From: a virus
Lineage: Duplodnaviria; Heunggongvirae; Uroviricota; Caudoviricetes
DNA length: 58,193 bases
Virus record (IMG/VR): IMGVR_UViG_3300045988_132327
Location: 1-58,193 of that record
Direction: 5' to 3' (one strand)
In this document: one piece after another, positions 26,818 to 37,001 of the stretch
Position numbering within the stretch: the stretch's first letter is position 1
Layout: each line of letters opens with the position of its first letter
Position numbers and translations under genes: made by a program
Notes under the pieces: model-generated
Database searches by the model: none
What the model saw: the letters and a program-made list of their open reading frames with translations, nothing else
Told to the model about the DNA's origin: nothing

Positions 26818-29800
26818 TTAGGCCGCATCGGCGATTATTTTACGCAGTTCATCTACCGAGTAACGCGTAGATACCATCCATGCAGGACGGTCAAAGTTCA
26901 CATCAGCAACCGGGTTTGCTTCAAAATTCCAGAAACGCCCGCCAATCTTCTTAATCGCGTCTTTGGCGTTCCGTATTGTCGAGGAACCTGGCTGGTCGGC
27001 AATGAGATAAACCGCGCCAACGTCTTCGCTGACGCTCCACCAGCGCCCGCGAACACGCGCCTTAGCGCGAATCGGCTTATCATTAACCACAATGATATAG
27101 TCATCATTCGCCGCTTCATCAGCTCTGGCTTCAGCCACTGCCGCCTGCTCTTCTCTTTTGCTTTCAGCCTGCTCAAGCCTTTTCGCGATCTCTGATTCAG
27201 TGGCCCCGCCGTTTTTCAGCGATACATAGTCCTGCCACGTTGCCGATTTGAGCGCATCCGGCAACTCATTCACATAGTCGCCGTCTTTCAACTCACGGGC
27301 GCGACGGGTAGCCATTTCTACCAGGCGATTAACAGAAACAGCATCAGCAAAATCGTCCTTACTAATGTGTTTTTCATCAAATGCATTGATGACAGCCCCA
27401 ACCTTAATCCACTGTGCTGCCGGTGATTCCAAGGGGTTATCAGCCTGAACAATGGCGAGTTTCGCTCCATCTACCCCATTATTCGCCAGCTGTTCCAATG
27501 CCGCCCATCCATCTGCATCACTGAGTGATTTATATTGCTCAAACAATGCATCGCGCCAGGCCACCAGCGCAGAACGTGTTTTTTCGATCTTCGCCTTAAT
27601 TTTCGCGATCTTGACCTGATTAAACATCCGTTCAATATCATCGATATTGCTAAAGGCTTTCATCCTGCCCTGGAATAAACGGTATGCCAGCACGGTCCTC
27701 CAGAATGATTCCAGACCTTCTCCGGACGGTTTACGGAACAAGCTAAGAATATCTTCAGAAGTGACTTTATTAAGCGAACGACCTGACAGACCACGCCCAG
27801 CCATCCAGTTTTCGAACTCCTGGGCAACATCATCCATCGTTGCTTGTGCGCCCCATGCCTGCATTCCCTGGATGTAATCATACCCATACAATGCCTGGAG
27901 GAATCCCTCTCCGTCCACGATATTCAGCGGATTATCACTGGCTTGTATTTTTGCCACTTCACGCTTCAGCGCCTCATTGTTGATATCAGGGTAAATCCAC
28001 TGCTCTGGTGCAATATCCGATGTACGCCCGATTTTCTGTCCTATCATGCCATCATAGGTCGATGACAGCGCGATCTGACCATCATCTGTGCGATAAGCCC
28101 AGTATTTAATAGCTGACCCACCGCCCCATGCATTACCAGGTTTACCAGCAATAACATTCATTACCCCATTGCGAATAGCATCATAGAACTGATCGCGAGT
28201 AAGTATTGTTGATAGCTGGTGGCACTGAACACCACGCGCAGCCGTTGCGCGCGATTCAGCTACCCCCTCTTCAAAAGTTACCGCTTCAATCACAGAGTCA
28301 AACGGCAATGTAACGATTGACCCCGGTGCTCGAGCGTAACGACTTGCTCTATCCAGCCAGGCGATACGGCAGAGGTATTGTGCTTTTTCACCGTCAATTT
28401 TTTCCACCCGGACAATCGCTGTTGTTTCGCGATCATCAATGACTGCACGGTAATAACTACCTTTATGCAACAGGATATTCTTGTCAGTGCGCATATATTC
28501 CTGTGGGTTCTGAATAACATCGATACTGATATCCAGCACACCAGACTTAATAGCGCGCTCCACATCACCACGAGAGCGTTTCATTATGGTATCCGCGTCT
28601 TTTGCCCTGGTGATCGCAAACCGCAGCACCCGCGCACGTTTTCTGTAGCTACTCAACTGCTCAAGCGCGTATTTTTGCCCATTCCTGTTCGTACCCGCTT
28701 TTATCAGGTCGTCAAGATTGCGCTGGTAATACTCTATCTGTTCCATCGCGCTTTTCAGTTCTGTCTCCATCATGCCGATATCTTTTCCGGCGGCGTTTGC
28801 CGCTTTCAGGTAGATATCGAGAGCATTGTTGGCCTCGCGCTGTGCTTTCAGTTTCAGACGTTCTTCACGCTCTTGCGCCTGGCGAGCCATGATTGCGCGG
28901 CGTTCTTCCGGGTTTGCCGCCAGCATAATGGCGCGTTCATCAGCATCATCCGCATCACCATTGGCGATCTCTGACATGTCGGAGGTCATCACCATCTTGA
29001 TCCAATCTTTCTTACGTTTCAGCGTATCCAGACGGAAGTCGTCGAATGTGCCTTTGCCACAATAGTAGTGAACATTGACCTTCTCTTGCGGTGAACCTAC
29101 GCGCGCACCGCGCCCATTTCGTTGGTCGATACTGGCTGGTGTCCAGGGTAGTGTCAGGTGGTGGATATCGGTTGTCCCGATGTGCAGGTTAATACCTACT
29201 TCAGCCTTCTTGTTACAGATTATGATACGCGTGCGACCTTCGTTATAGTCGGCGGCAATACCTTCCATGCCCTCAAGGCCAGCATCATTTTTAGCTGAGA
29301 GATAATCCTCATATTGGGCAAGTTTGCTGTAGTAGGTTTCCCATGCCCCTTCTTTGTATTCACCGTTTTTGTTTGGAGTAGGTTCGGTCGGCTTATTCAC
29401 CTTCTTCAGCTTGATGCCGCCAGCCTGGCTAACTGTCGTTGCATTGATAATGCCAATCTCCTGCTCCGGCATTTGCAGTGCACTGGCGATAATACGGCGC
29501 AGCTTCTGGTGCTGGGCTTTTTCATCAATAAAGACGATCTGCTTACCGTTCTTCAGACCTTCACGAAGATTTTCGATCAGCGCGGCATACTTCGGCGGGA
29601 TGGGGTGCGATACCTGCTGCATATCAATACCGGCAGCCGCAATGGCCTTAAGTATTTCAGCTTCCAGTTCAATGCTGGCACGTATTTCAACATGCGTCGG
29701 ATGTTCACTAAAAGCGGTCTTCACTACCTTGCTGGTACGCGTACTGACCAGCCCGCCAGCGCCGTCTTCCTCGGCCTCATCAACATCATCTGCCACTTTA

Positions 29801-32800
29801 CCGCCAGCTACTTTTGGCAAGGCATCAGCAATAGCTTTTACCTGGTCTGCAAGCTCAACGGGGAACTGGAATGTAATCGCACTGGCATACAGATCCGGGT
29901 CTATAGCAACCTTGTCCATGTCACGGATGATGGAGAAGATGAAATCATCCGGTTTGTCGTTAGTGATATGCCCGTTTTCATCGACTGTCAGCTCATCATT
30001 GCGACTTAACTCCTGAGCACGCTTACGAAGCTCTTCATAAGCAGTCTCCTGCTCCCCTGTCATCGGGATCTGCAAGGTGTTCTCAATGATGTCGGGAATT
30101 TTAACCGTTGCTCCGACATCTGCAGCAGTCTTCAGAGTGGTCCAACGATGGAAAATACCACGCAGGCCGTCAAGGTTCTGGAAGCCCACCAGCCCCTGCT
30201 TCTCTTCCACTTCCCCGGAAATTTTCTGGACCTGAACTGTGGCTGTTTTGCCAAACACACGAACGAAATCATCAGGCGTAATGATGCCCATGCGCATCCA
30301 CTCTTCCTGCGGAATGACAGTAGACAGCATGTTGAAGGCATCAATCGGACTGTTCACCAGCGGAGTTGCCGTCAGCATGACTACACCACGCCCGTTGTTG
30401 CGTTTCATCATGTACGCAGCTTTTACAGCCATGTCGCGGGCCATCTTGGATACTGCCGGGTTAGGCAAATATGCCAGTTGTCCCGCTTCACGCCCGGCAT
30501 TAAAGGAGTTGCGGTAGTTATGCCCCTCGTCGGCAATCACGCTATCGAAGTTCATATCCTCAAAGTACGGGATATTCTGCTTCTTCGTTGTACCGGTATT
30601 CGCGGCCTGATCCTTAATCTTGTTCTTCTTCTGCGCATCACGGTGTTTACCGGACGCCAGGTCAAGACGCCCCATTTCCACAGCATTAAAGACAGCTTGC
30701 TGTGAGTTCTCCTCGATGGTTTTTTCTCGTAGCGGGATAGACGCGAATTGTTCTTTTGTCATGATGACCGTTCGCCAATTTGACGACGGGATCATGTTCA
30801 TGCGCTGAACGATAACGGCGCTGGCGGACTCTTTCACAACATTTCTGGTAAGAGGCTGCCCGTTACTGTCGAGGCGTGGTTCGCCATTTTCATCAAGCAC
30901 CGGCGCGGTCAGAATATTTCCGCTGTCATCACGAACTTCATCCAAACCGATAAACATCATATTGGCGAAGGCATCAGCACTGTAGAAACTCTGTGCCTCG
31001 TGATACCAGTTCTGATAAACCGCCTTCGGAACAACAATACACGTGCGTTTAGTGCGACCTGTTTCGAAGTTATACGCCTCAAGCGCAAGCGCGGTCGTGG
31101 TTTTACCCAGCCCGGTACCAAATCCCATGATGCCGCGCCCATCTTCTGACAAGCGCCGAACTTCTTCATTCTGATAAGTAAGAGGAATGCGCTTTCCACT
31201 AAGCCCTTCCAGGCCAAGCGGTGCGTCAGAATGCGTGAACGGTATGAAACCATTGAATGCGTCGTTATACTCGCGGGCTATCTGATCAGCCTGCGGGTGA
31301 GTGCGTAACCAGTCGTTAAAGCTAACTTCCAGTTGAGCTATTTTATCCAGGTACTCGTTAGCGTTCTGCCCACGCGGTTTAACACCGTTCAGGTAGTTTT
31401 CTAACTGGTTCAGGAAGCCGTCTTTATTGTTGGCCTTCTTGAACTCATTCCCGTTTTTGCCGTTTACGGTTCGTAGCTGATAGCCGGTAAATACCCCGTC
31501 CTTACCTTCGTAATCGTCCGGAGATACCAGAATGCCATCGACGACCTTCAGATCAGGTTCAGTGTACTTAAACTCGTCATAGCCCTGCTCTGCCAGGAAC
31601 TCTTTTATCAAGCGGCGATCCAGCCAGCGGGCATTCAGATTAACGGTGACTTTATTTAGTGGCGTGAAAATACGTTTCTCTTCGATTTTCGCCAACTGAC
31701 GCTCAAAGTTCGCTTTCTGCTCACCTGTTGACGCATCACGCCAGCCCACCAGCAATGCTGTTTTGGTTGCAATATCGCCGCTGGTGGCGCGGTCCATCGG
31801 CAGCAGGCAGCCATACCCATCAATAGCGATATCATCAAATTTCGCCAGGTATTCAAGGGCCGCGTCGTCGTCCTCTGGCAGTTCACCAGCAAACGCCTCA
31901 CGAAAATCTCCCAGCGTTATAGGATTAAGGGCTACATCACTGAAAAGATGTGCTATCACTTGTTCAGGACGTGTAAAGTCAATACCGGCAGCACCATCCG
32001 TTACATCAAGTCGCCCTGCCAGAAGGTCAGAAGTGGAACCATCCTGTTTCACATTGCCAGTGAACGTCATCCAGTTTTTAGCGCCAGCTTCAGCAAGCCC
32101 ATTCAGCTTAATGGCGTGTGGTGGTCCATACTTCGCAACTTCTGCTGCCGCCAGGCGGGATGCATCTGCCAGTTTGTCATCAACGTTCACCCCCAGGTTA
32201 CGCAAATCAAGTGCCTTGTTGATCAACTGCCCTATCAGCGCACCGCGCATAACGCGCTCTCTATCTTTTTCTCGCTGCTTGCCAGCAAAGCGAATCATTG
32301 CTGCCACTTCATCACTGACAACCGATGGATAGTCGGACGCGATCGCCGATATCTGGTCCCATGACAAAGCCAGAATCCCGTTTGTTGACTGGAACGCGAT
32401 CTGCAGATCGCCAAACGTCGAAACACCATATCGACTTACATCAAGCGCGGAGGATTTGGTTGTCGTGTCCTTAACCCATTTCAGACCATCAAACTCATGC
32501 CAGATACCGCCTACAAGGCGTTTATCGCCCACTTTCGCGCCCTGCCATGCCTGAGTAGTTACGCCGAGCAAATCCCAATTGATGCGACTATCAAAGCGAC
32601 GAGATAGCGCGGTTTTCATCGACTCATTGGATACACGACCGTCTTTTTTCACCACCAGGGTATTGCGGAAGCTGGTACGTTCCATGTCGCCGTAAACAAA
32701 TCGCTTCCCTTCGGTTGTAAACCATTTTCCTTTGAGGAAGGTATCCCAAAGGACGTTTGCCGATTTGAGTGTTGAATCATCCGTGTCGGGGATCATCTCC

Positions 32801-33654
32801 AGGAAGGTTTCCGGGTGTTTACGCAATACCCATACGTCCACCACGGTATCTGTACCGGATTCGCTGAACGTACCGGAAGGCATACGATGTGCGCCCAAAA
32901 ATTCCGCTTTACGGCTGACTTTATCGCGCAATTTTTTATATTTCGTACCATCGGTCATGCCATTTGGCACCACCAATACGATAAGCCCACCAGGCTTAAC
33001 CTTGTCGATCGTGCGCAGCACAAAGTAATTGCCAACGTTCTTCTCGTTTGCATATGCCGGATCAAGCCCGGCAACGCCGGAACGCCCTTCACCAAACGGT
33101 ACGTTACCAACAGCGTGGTCATACATTGCATCTTTCGCCGCCAGCGCCTCAAACGCCCCGATATTCACATCGTCTTCCGGGTGCAAAAGCTGGTTTATTC
33201 GACCAGAAATCGGAGACAGTTCGGCGCTGGTCATTATCATGCCCTGCCGTTTTGTCTCCTGGAAAATACCTGTGCCCGCTGATGGTTCCAGTACGTGCCC
33301 GCCATCAATACCGTAGTCAGCAAACAGATCCCATATACCTTCAGCCATAAACTGTGGCGTGTAGTATTCGTATTGGCTGCCCTCACCATCTGTCAGGCCG
33401 CCTTCACCGGTATACCCGGCAAGAATCTGACGTTGTTCGTCAGTTAATTTCGCCCCATCGAAGCCGGGCGGAAGGGAATTAAGAAGATTTACTGCGGCAT
33501 TATTTGCTGCCCGGCGTGTTTTCTGAATACTGACGCCATCGGCTTTCCTGACGCCAAAGGTCGCAACAGCACGTAATTTATGCAACCGACTAACAATTTC
33601 AATCAGTTCGCCTAAGCTGGAGGCTTCACTGATTGAATGAAGTAGTTTGTCCAA
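26818..33654 (-). CDS. darB: DarB-like giant N6-adenine methyltransferase / SF2 helicase fusion (antirestriction)
   Basis: 2278 aa; MTase motifs LEPSAGTGIF and NVPFGE; helicase Walker A GFGTGLGKTT and DEGH box; size matches P1 DarB (about 2255 aa, recalled). Confidence 0.8.
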   Translation of the reverse strand: MDKLLHSISEASSLGELIEIVSRLHKLRAVATFGVRKADGVSIQKTRRAANNAAVNLLNSLPPGFDGAKLTDEQRQILAGYTGEGGLTDGEGSQYEYYTPQFMAEGIWDLFADYGIDGGHVLEPSAGTGIFQETKRQGMIMTSAELSPISGRINQLLHPEDDVNIGAFEALAAKDAMYDHAVGNVPFGEGRSGVAGLDPAYANEKNVGNYFVLRTIDKVKPGGLIVLVVPNGMTDGTKYKKLRDKVSRKAEFLGAHRMPSGTFSESGTDTVVDVWVLRKHPETFLEMIPDTDDSTLKSANVLWDTFLKGKWFTTEGKRFVYGDMERTSFRNTLVVKKDGRVSNESMKTALSRRFDSRINWDLLGVTTQAWQGAKVGDKRLVGGIWHEFDGLKWVKDTTTKSSALDVSRYGVSTFGDLQIAFQSTNGILALSWDQISAIASDYPSVVSDEVAAMIRFAGKQREKDRERVMRGALIGQLINKALDLRNLGVNVDDKLADASRLAAAEVAKYGPPHAIKLNGLAEAGAKNWMTFTGNVKQDGSTSDLLAGRLDVTDGAAGIDFTRPEQVIAHLFSDVALNPITLGDFREAFAGELPEDDDAALEYLAKFDDIAIDGYGCLLPMDRATSGDIATKTALLVGWRDASTGEQKANFERQLAKIEEKRIFTPLNKVTVNLNARWLDRRLIKEFLAEQGYDEFKYTEPDLKVVDGILVSPDDYEGKDGVFTGYQLRTVNGKNGNEFKKANNKDGFLNQLENYLNGVKPRGQNANEYLDKIAQLEVSFNDWLRTHPQADQIAREYNDAFNGFIPFTHSDAPLGLEGLSGKRIPLTYQNEEVRRLSEDGRGIMGFGTGLGKTTTALALEAYNFETGRTKRTCIVVPKAVYQNWYHEAQSFYSADAFANMMFIGLDEVRDDSGNILTAPVLDENGEPRLDSNGQPLTRNVVKESASAVIVQRMNMIPSSNWRTVIMTKEQFASIPLREKTIEENSQQAVFNAVEMGRLDLASGKHRDAQKKNKIKDQAANTGTTKKQNIPYFEDMNFDSVIADEGHNYRNSFNAGREAGQLAYLPNPAVSKMARDMAVKAAYMMKRNNGRGVVMLTATPLVNSPIDAFNMLSTVIPQEEWMRMGIITPDDFVRVFGKTATVQVQKISGEVEEKQGLVGFQNLDGLRGIFHRWTTLKTAADVGATVKIPDIIENTLQIPMTGEQETAYEELRKRAQELSRNDELTVDENGHITNDKPDDFIFSIIRDMDKVAIDPDLYASAITFQFPVELADQVKAIADALPKVAGGKVADDVDEAEEDGAGGLVSTRTSKVVKTAFSEHPTHVEIRASIELEAEILKAIAAAGIDMQQVSHPIPPKYAALIENLREGLKNGKQIVFIDEKAQHQKLRRIIASALQMPEQEIGIINATTVSQAGGIKLKKVNKPTEPTPNKNGEYKEGAWETYYSKLAQYEDYLSAKNDAGLEGMEGIAADYNEGRTRIIICNKKAEVGINLHIGTTDIHHLTLPWTPASIDQRNGRGARVGSPQEKVNVHYYCGKGTFDDFRLDTLKRKKDWIKMVMTSDMSEIANGDADDADERAIMLAANPEERRAIMARQAQEREERLKLKAQREANNALDIYLKAANAAGKDIGMMETELKSAMEQIEYYQRNLDDLIKAGTNRNGQKYALEQLSSYRKRARVLRFAITRAKDADTIMKRSRGDVERAIKSGVLDISIDVIQNPQEYMRTDKNILLHKGSYYRAVIDDRETTAIVRVEKIDGEKAQYLCRIAWLDRASRYARAPGSIVTLPFDSVIEAVTFEEGVAESRATAARGVQCHQLSTILTRDQFYDAIRNGVMNVIAGKPGNAWGGGSAIKYWAYRTDDGQIALSSTYDGMIGQKIGRTSDIAPEQWIYPDINNEALKREVAKIQASDNPLNIVDGEGFLQALYGYDYIQGMQAWGAQATMDDVAQEFENWMAGRGLSGRSLNKVTSEDILSLFRKPSGEGLESFWRTVLAYRLFQGRMKAFSNIDDIERMFNQVKIAKIKAKIEKTRSALVAWRDALFEQYKSLSDADGWAALEQLANNGVDGAKLAIVQADNPLESPAAQWIKVGAVINAFDEKHISKDDFADAVSVNRLVEMATRRARELKDGDYVNELPDALKSATWQDYVSLKNGGATESEIAKRLEQAESKREEQAAVAEARADEAANDDYIIVVNDKPIRAKARVRGRWWSVSEDVGAVYLIADQPGSSTIRNAKDAIKKIGGRFWNFEANPVADVNFDRPAWMVSTRYSVDELRKIIADAA

Positions 33655-33805
33655 AGGATTTCCCCCTCTAAACCGTAAAAAATTCCGCTATGCGGTACGG
33701 TTGAGAGGGTATGGAGAATGTTATTTTCAGGGGGACGATACTACCGTCAAAATCACATACTCCCCATAGTTTGCCTACTTATTAACCCATGACCGGGGGA
33801 AAAAT

Positions 33806-34291
33806 ATGGCAAACATTGAACCTCGCTGGCTAATTGAAGCCCGTAAGCACATTGGCCTGACTGAAATAAAAGGCGCTAAACACAACCCTGAAATCGTTCA
33901 GTTCTGGCGCGACATCAAGCGCGGCGGAATTAAAGACGATGAAACGCCGTGGTGCGCAGCATTTGTCGGTGCAATGCTGGAACGTGTAGGCATCCGCTCA
34001 ACAAGATTTGAGTCGGCAAAATCCTATCTGGATTGGGGCGAGAAATTAGATACACCGGCATACGGATGTATCGTTGTATTTACCCGCGTAGGCGGTGGGC
34101 ACGTAGGCTTCGTTGTCGGACGCCGCGCCAATGGCGATCTGCTTGTCTTGGGTGGGAACCAGGGGGATGCGGTAAATATTCGCGCATTCCCAACATCAAG
34201 AGTGTCTGGCTATCGCTGGCCTGCTGGCGAACCACGCAATACCGCTCTGTTACCAGTCGGAGACGCAGCAACCTCAACTAATGAGGCATGA
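33806..34291 (+). CDS. CHAP/NlpC-P60-like peptidoglycan hydrolase (TIGR02594-like)
   Basis: 161 aa; Cys (PWCAAF) and His (GGGHVGF) catalytic-like motifs. Confidence 0.55.
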   Translation: MANIEPRWLIEARKHIGLTEIKGAKHNPEIVQFWRDIKRGGIKDDETPWCAAFVGAMLERVGIRSTRFESAKSYLDWGEKLDTPAYGCIVVFTRVGGGHVGFVVGRRANGDLLVLGGNQGDAVNIRAFPTSRVSGYRWPAGEPRNTALLPVGDAATSTNEA

Positions 34292-34315
34292 AAAAAGCCC
34301 CGGCCTGGCCGGGGC
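34291..34315 (-). terminator. hairpin terminator between convergent genes
   Basis: gccccggcc-tg-gccggggc with U-run on minus-strand side. Confidence 0.5.
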
Positions 34316-34323
34316 ATCACGCT

Positions 34324-34524
34324 TCAAGTCACGATCCAATCATTACCGACTATATCAGCCGTCGATAAATCAACTTCCCGGATCTGGAGTCCATTAATAC
34401 AAAACCATCCGGTAGTAGAGTAATTATCAGGCCAGGCCCATACACCAACACTCCATGCTTTACGGCGGCACACTTCAGCCTGTCCTTCCCTGATTTTTTT
34501 TACCGCCTGCATGATGTCCATCAC
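34324..34524 (-). CDS. small DUF2829-like protein
   Basis: 66 aa; AVKKIREGQAEVCRRKAWS...W...DW pattern. Confidence 0.35.
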   Translation of the reverse strand: MMDIMQAVKKIREGQAEVCRRKAWSVGVWAWPDNYSTTGWFCINGLQIREVDLSTADIVGNDWIVT

Positions 34525-35228
34525 TCACCTCCCCAACCGATCACCTGGAATTGCCCCATTTTGGGGTGATACCAGCGTTTTCCTCGGTGTTCAGCCTCCG
34601 ACATCATCCGGTTAAAAGCATTCATGAAGGGAGATAAGGCCACGATGGAACGACGCGACAATACCCCCTCTGGAGTTAAAAACTCATGCGTATCGGTGGG
34701 AATCCGGTAAGCGTTGACCAGGTTTCGGCATTTGGCTTCAGTCAGGCCACATTTCGCCGCCAGCTGGCGGTAGCCAATGTAGCCTTCCGGAATATTGCCT
34801 TTCTTGATTTGCTCGAGTGTTTCAGCGACCTGGCTAACCTTTGACTCAACAGCATGAAGCCGCTTTTGCTGCTGAACTGCATTTGCAGCCATTGCGGCGA
34901 TCATCTCTATTTCGGTCAACGGCTGGCGTACTTGTTCTTCCAGTTCGCGCCAGCGGTCCACCAGCCGGGCGGTGAATTCCGGAGAGAGCTGCGCGACGAC
35001 AATAATGCTGTCTCGTTTGCCTTGCTCGCCTTCGAAGACGTAAGCCTCGACACTACGGCGTAGTCCTAAGTTATTGATTTTTTCGAAAACCTGCAATGCA
35101 GGAAGTTGAATAACTCCAGATTTAGCCAGGCGCTCTATTGATATTTTTACGTTATCCGGGCGACTTCCCACCAGTTCCGCGATCTCAATGCTGGTCATTG
35201 ATGGCTTTTCAAGAATGCAGATATCCAT
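34521..35228 (-). CDS. Rha-family phage regulatory protein / antirepressor-like
   Basis: ATG at 35228 sharing one nt with upstream TGA; N-terminal MTSIEIAELVG pRha-type segment. Confidence 0.55.
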   Translation of the reverse strand: MDICILEKPSMTSIEIAELVGSRPDNVKISIERLAKSGVIQLPALQVFEKINNLGLRRSVEAYVFEGEQGKRDSIIVVAQLSPEFTARLVDRWRELEEQVRQPLTEIEMIAAMAANAVQQQKRLHAVESKVSQVAETLEQIKKGNIPEGYIGYRQLAAKCGLTEAKCRNLVNAYRIPTDTHEFLTPEGVLSRRSIVALSPFMNAFNRMMSEAEHRGKRWYHPKMGQFQVIGWGGE

Positions 35229-35650
35229 CAGTGTGCCTCCGCAATTCCGGGATTGGTAATATTGCGATACCAAGGATTAGTGTTTGGTTGTGATGAAGTA
35301 GAGAAACGGCCAGTCAGGACGCCATGTTGATCAGGGATCAGAGAACGGGCTTCTTTTTCAGTTGCGGCAATTGCGAAGTGATCGCAGTGTTTTTGCAGGG
35401 AGTGGAAACGCCAGATAAATTCCGGGCGCGAGCAAGGATTGGCATTAACCATAGTTACGGCCTCATTCGTAGGTTTAACAACCTGCGCCCCGCTGCTAAA
35501 CGGGTGGCAGGACGTGACGGGGTTAGCAGACTGGCACGAATGAAACCAGCAGGCCGAAGCCTCCCCATCACGCCCCACCATAATTCGGGCGTAACGTGGT
35601 TTTACGGACACAAAAATACCGCAATATCGGATATCTGCGGTTGTCCGCAT
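35228..35650 (-). CDS. hypothetical Cys-rich protein
   Basis: 140-aa ORF translationally coupled to Rha-like gene. Confidence 0.4.
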   Translation of the reverse strand: MRTTADIRYCGIFVSVKPRYARIMVGRDGEASACWFHSCQSANPVTSCHPFSSGAQVVKPTNEAVTMVNANPCSRPEFIWRFHSLQKHCDHFAIAATEKEARSLIPDQHGVLTGRFSTSSQPNTNPWYRNITNPGIAEAH

Positions 35651-35798
35651 TCGTATTCAGGCTGCTAAACCCGGTCGCAGAATTTGCTACGACGACATGA
35701 ATATAAGCCTGAAAACATGGAAGATCAACTAAAAATTTCAGCAATGGATGACTTCAGTCGATGATGCAGATCATACATTCCGATTTAGAAACAGCAAA

Positions 35799-35813
35799 TT
35801 AATTTTCTAACAC
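35799..35813 (-). promoter_or_regulatory. operator-like motif GTGTTAGAAAATTAA (reverse strand)
   Basis: about 150 nt upstream of 35228..35650 start. Confidence 0.45.
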
Positions 35814-35866
35814 AAATTATTGAGCGAGCATTTTCCGATCATTGGGATGTTTTGTAGACGCACAGG

Positions 35867-36829
35867 TCATCCCCTAAAGCCAGCCGGGATTGACCAATCC
35901 TCACGGTCAAATTCAGACCGATAGCCACGCTGTTTCATCAGGTCAAAGGCTTCACCAATGGTTGCACACCCCTGGGAGCCAGAATAATCCATTGAGAAAT
36001 CCAGGACACTGGATTGTTTAGGCTTATTCACTGCGGTAGCTGCACTACGTATCCATGCAAATTTTTTTGCCAGCTTTTCAGCGGTACGATACAGAGCCTG
36101 CCGTTTTGCGTGCCCCTCGTCTGAACGACGCTTTGCAGCTCTCGCTTTTGCCGCCGCCAGGCAGTGGTTGGTATGTTCTTCCCTGATTACTGGTTTTTTA
36201 TCCAGTAATCCATTATCCGCTTGGGAACTATCTGCTGGTGAAGCCTTTGGCTGAACCGCGCATGATCTTTCTCTTCTTTTGTCTATAGAGTGACTCTTAT
36301 TTTCTATTGGCTGTTCATTTTGAACATGGGGGGACTTGTTCAATTTGAACAGGGGGTTCCCAGTTTCAAAAAAATACCGAACCTTTGAAATCAACTGCTT
36401 AACCAGTTTTGTGGCGTTCGCAAATTTGATGCCCTGCTTACCCCCTATCTCCATTGCTACATGAATGAAGTGGAGAAATTGTGTTGTAAACCGGTATACG
36501 TTACACACCTGAGCATTGTTATTCGCTACCTGATGTTGCTTAACAAGCATTCCGCACTTCGTCGCTTCAGCAAATGCCCGGCGCACAGTAGAAATACTGC
36601 GTCCTGTAATCTCGGACATATCAGCATATGAGCGACGGATCATGTATTCATCGGTAGCTCCTGCCAGGTTGGCGAACTCGGCAATAATGGCGCTATGTGA
36701 AGGGGAAAGAAAACCGCTATGACGAGCAAAAAAACTCAACTGATGACCTTTGATTTTTTTGTGGTATTCAGTGTTGTTTTTATACTCAGAAGTGTTGAAA
36801 GTTACTGAAATTGAATTTAAAATATTCAC
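35867..36829 (-). CDS. putative RepL-like replication/regulatory protein
   Basis: 320 aa; winged-helix-like segment; internal tandem palindromes resemble an origin; assignment tentative. Confidence 0.4.
   Translation of the reverse strand: MNILNSISVTFNTSEYKNNTEYHKKIKGHQLSFFARHSGFLSPSHSAIIAEFANLAGATDEYMIRRSYADMSEITGRSISTVRRAFAEATKCGMLVKQHQVANNNAQVCNVYRFTTQFLHFIHVAMEIGGKQGIKFANATKLVKQLISKVRYFFETGNPLFKLNKSPHVQNEQPIENKSHSIDKRRERSCAVQPKASPADSSQADNGLLDKKPVIREEHTNHCLAAAKARAAKRRSDEGHAKRQALYRTAEKLAKKFAWIRSAATAVNKPKQSSVLDFSMDYSGSQGCATIGEAFDLMKQRGYRSEFDREDWSIPAGFRG
36311..36355. repeat. two tandem 15-bp palindromes TGTTCAnTTTGAACA each followed by G5, inside the RepL-like ORF
   Basis: 36311..36325 and 36336..36350, 25-bp periodicity. 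Confidence 0.6.
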
Positions 36830-36891
36830 CAGATAGTTCCGTGAAAAAATCTATCTACCGTATAAATCTATGCCAGTGGATTTATACACCC

Positions 36892-36925
36892 AAAAGCCGC
36901 TTCTCAGCGGCTTTTGCTTTTTTTG
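36892..36925. terminator. hairpin terminator, stronger on plus strand
   Basis: aaaagccgc-ttctca-gcggctttt then gcTTTTTTTgg on plus strand; only a short U-run on minus. Confidence 0.5.
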
Positions 36926-37001
36926 GCAATCGCTACCGGAGCAGTGACCGCGATCCTACTCGATCACATCGGACAGGATCAACAGTGTATATAAATACAC
37001 T

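Noticed and set aside
28378-30705. Several 180-230-aa ORFs on the plus strand inside the darB locus
   Set aside because: All are antisense to a continuous 2278-aa ORF with clear methyltransferase and helicase motifs; frames are Ser/Cys/Arg-rich as expected for antisense artefacts.
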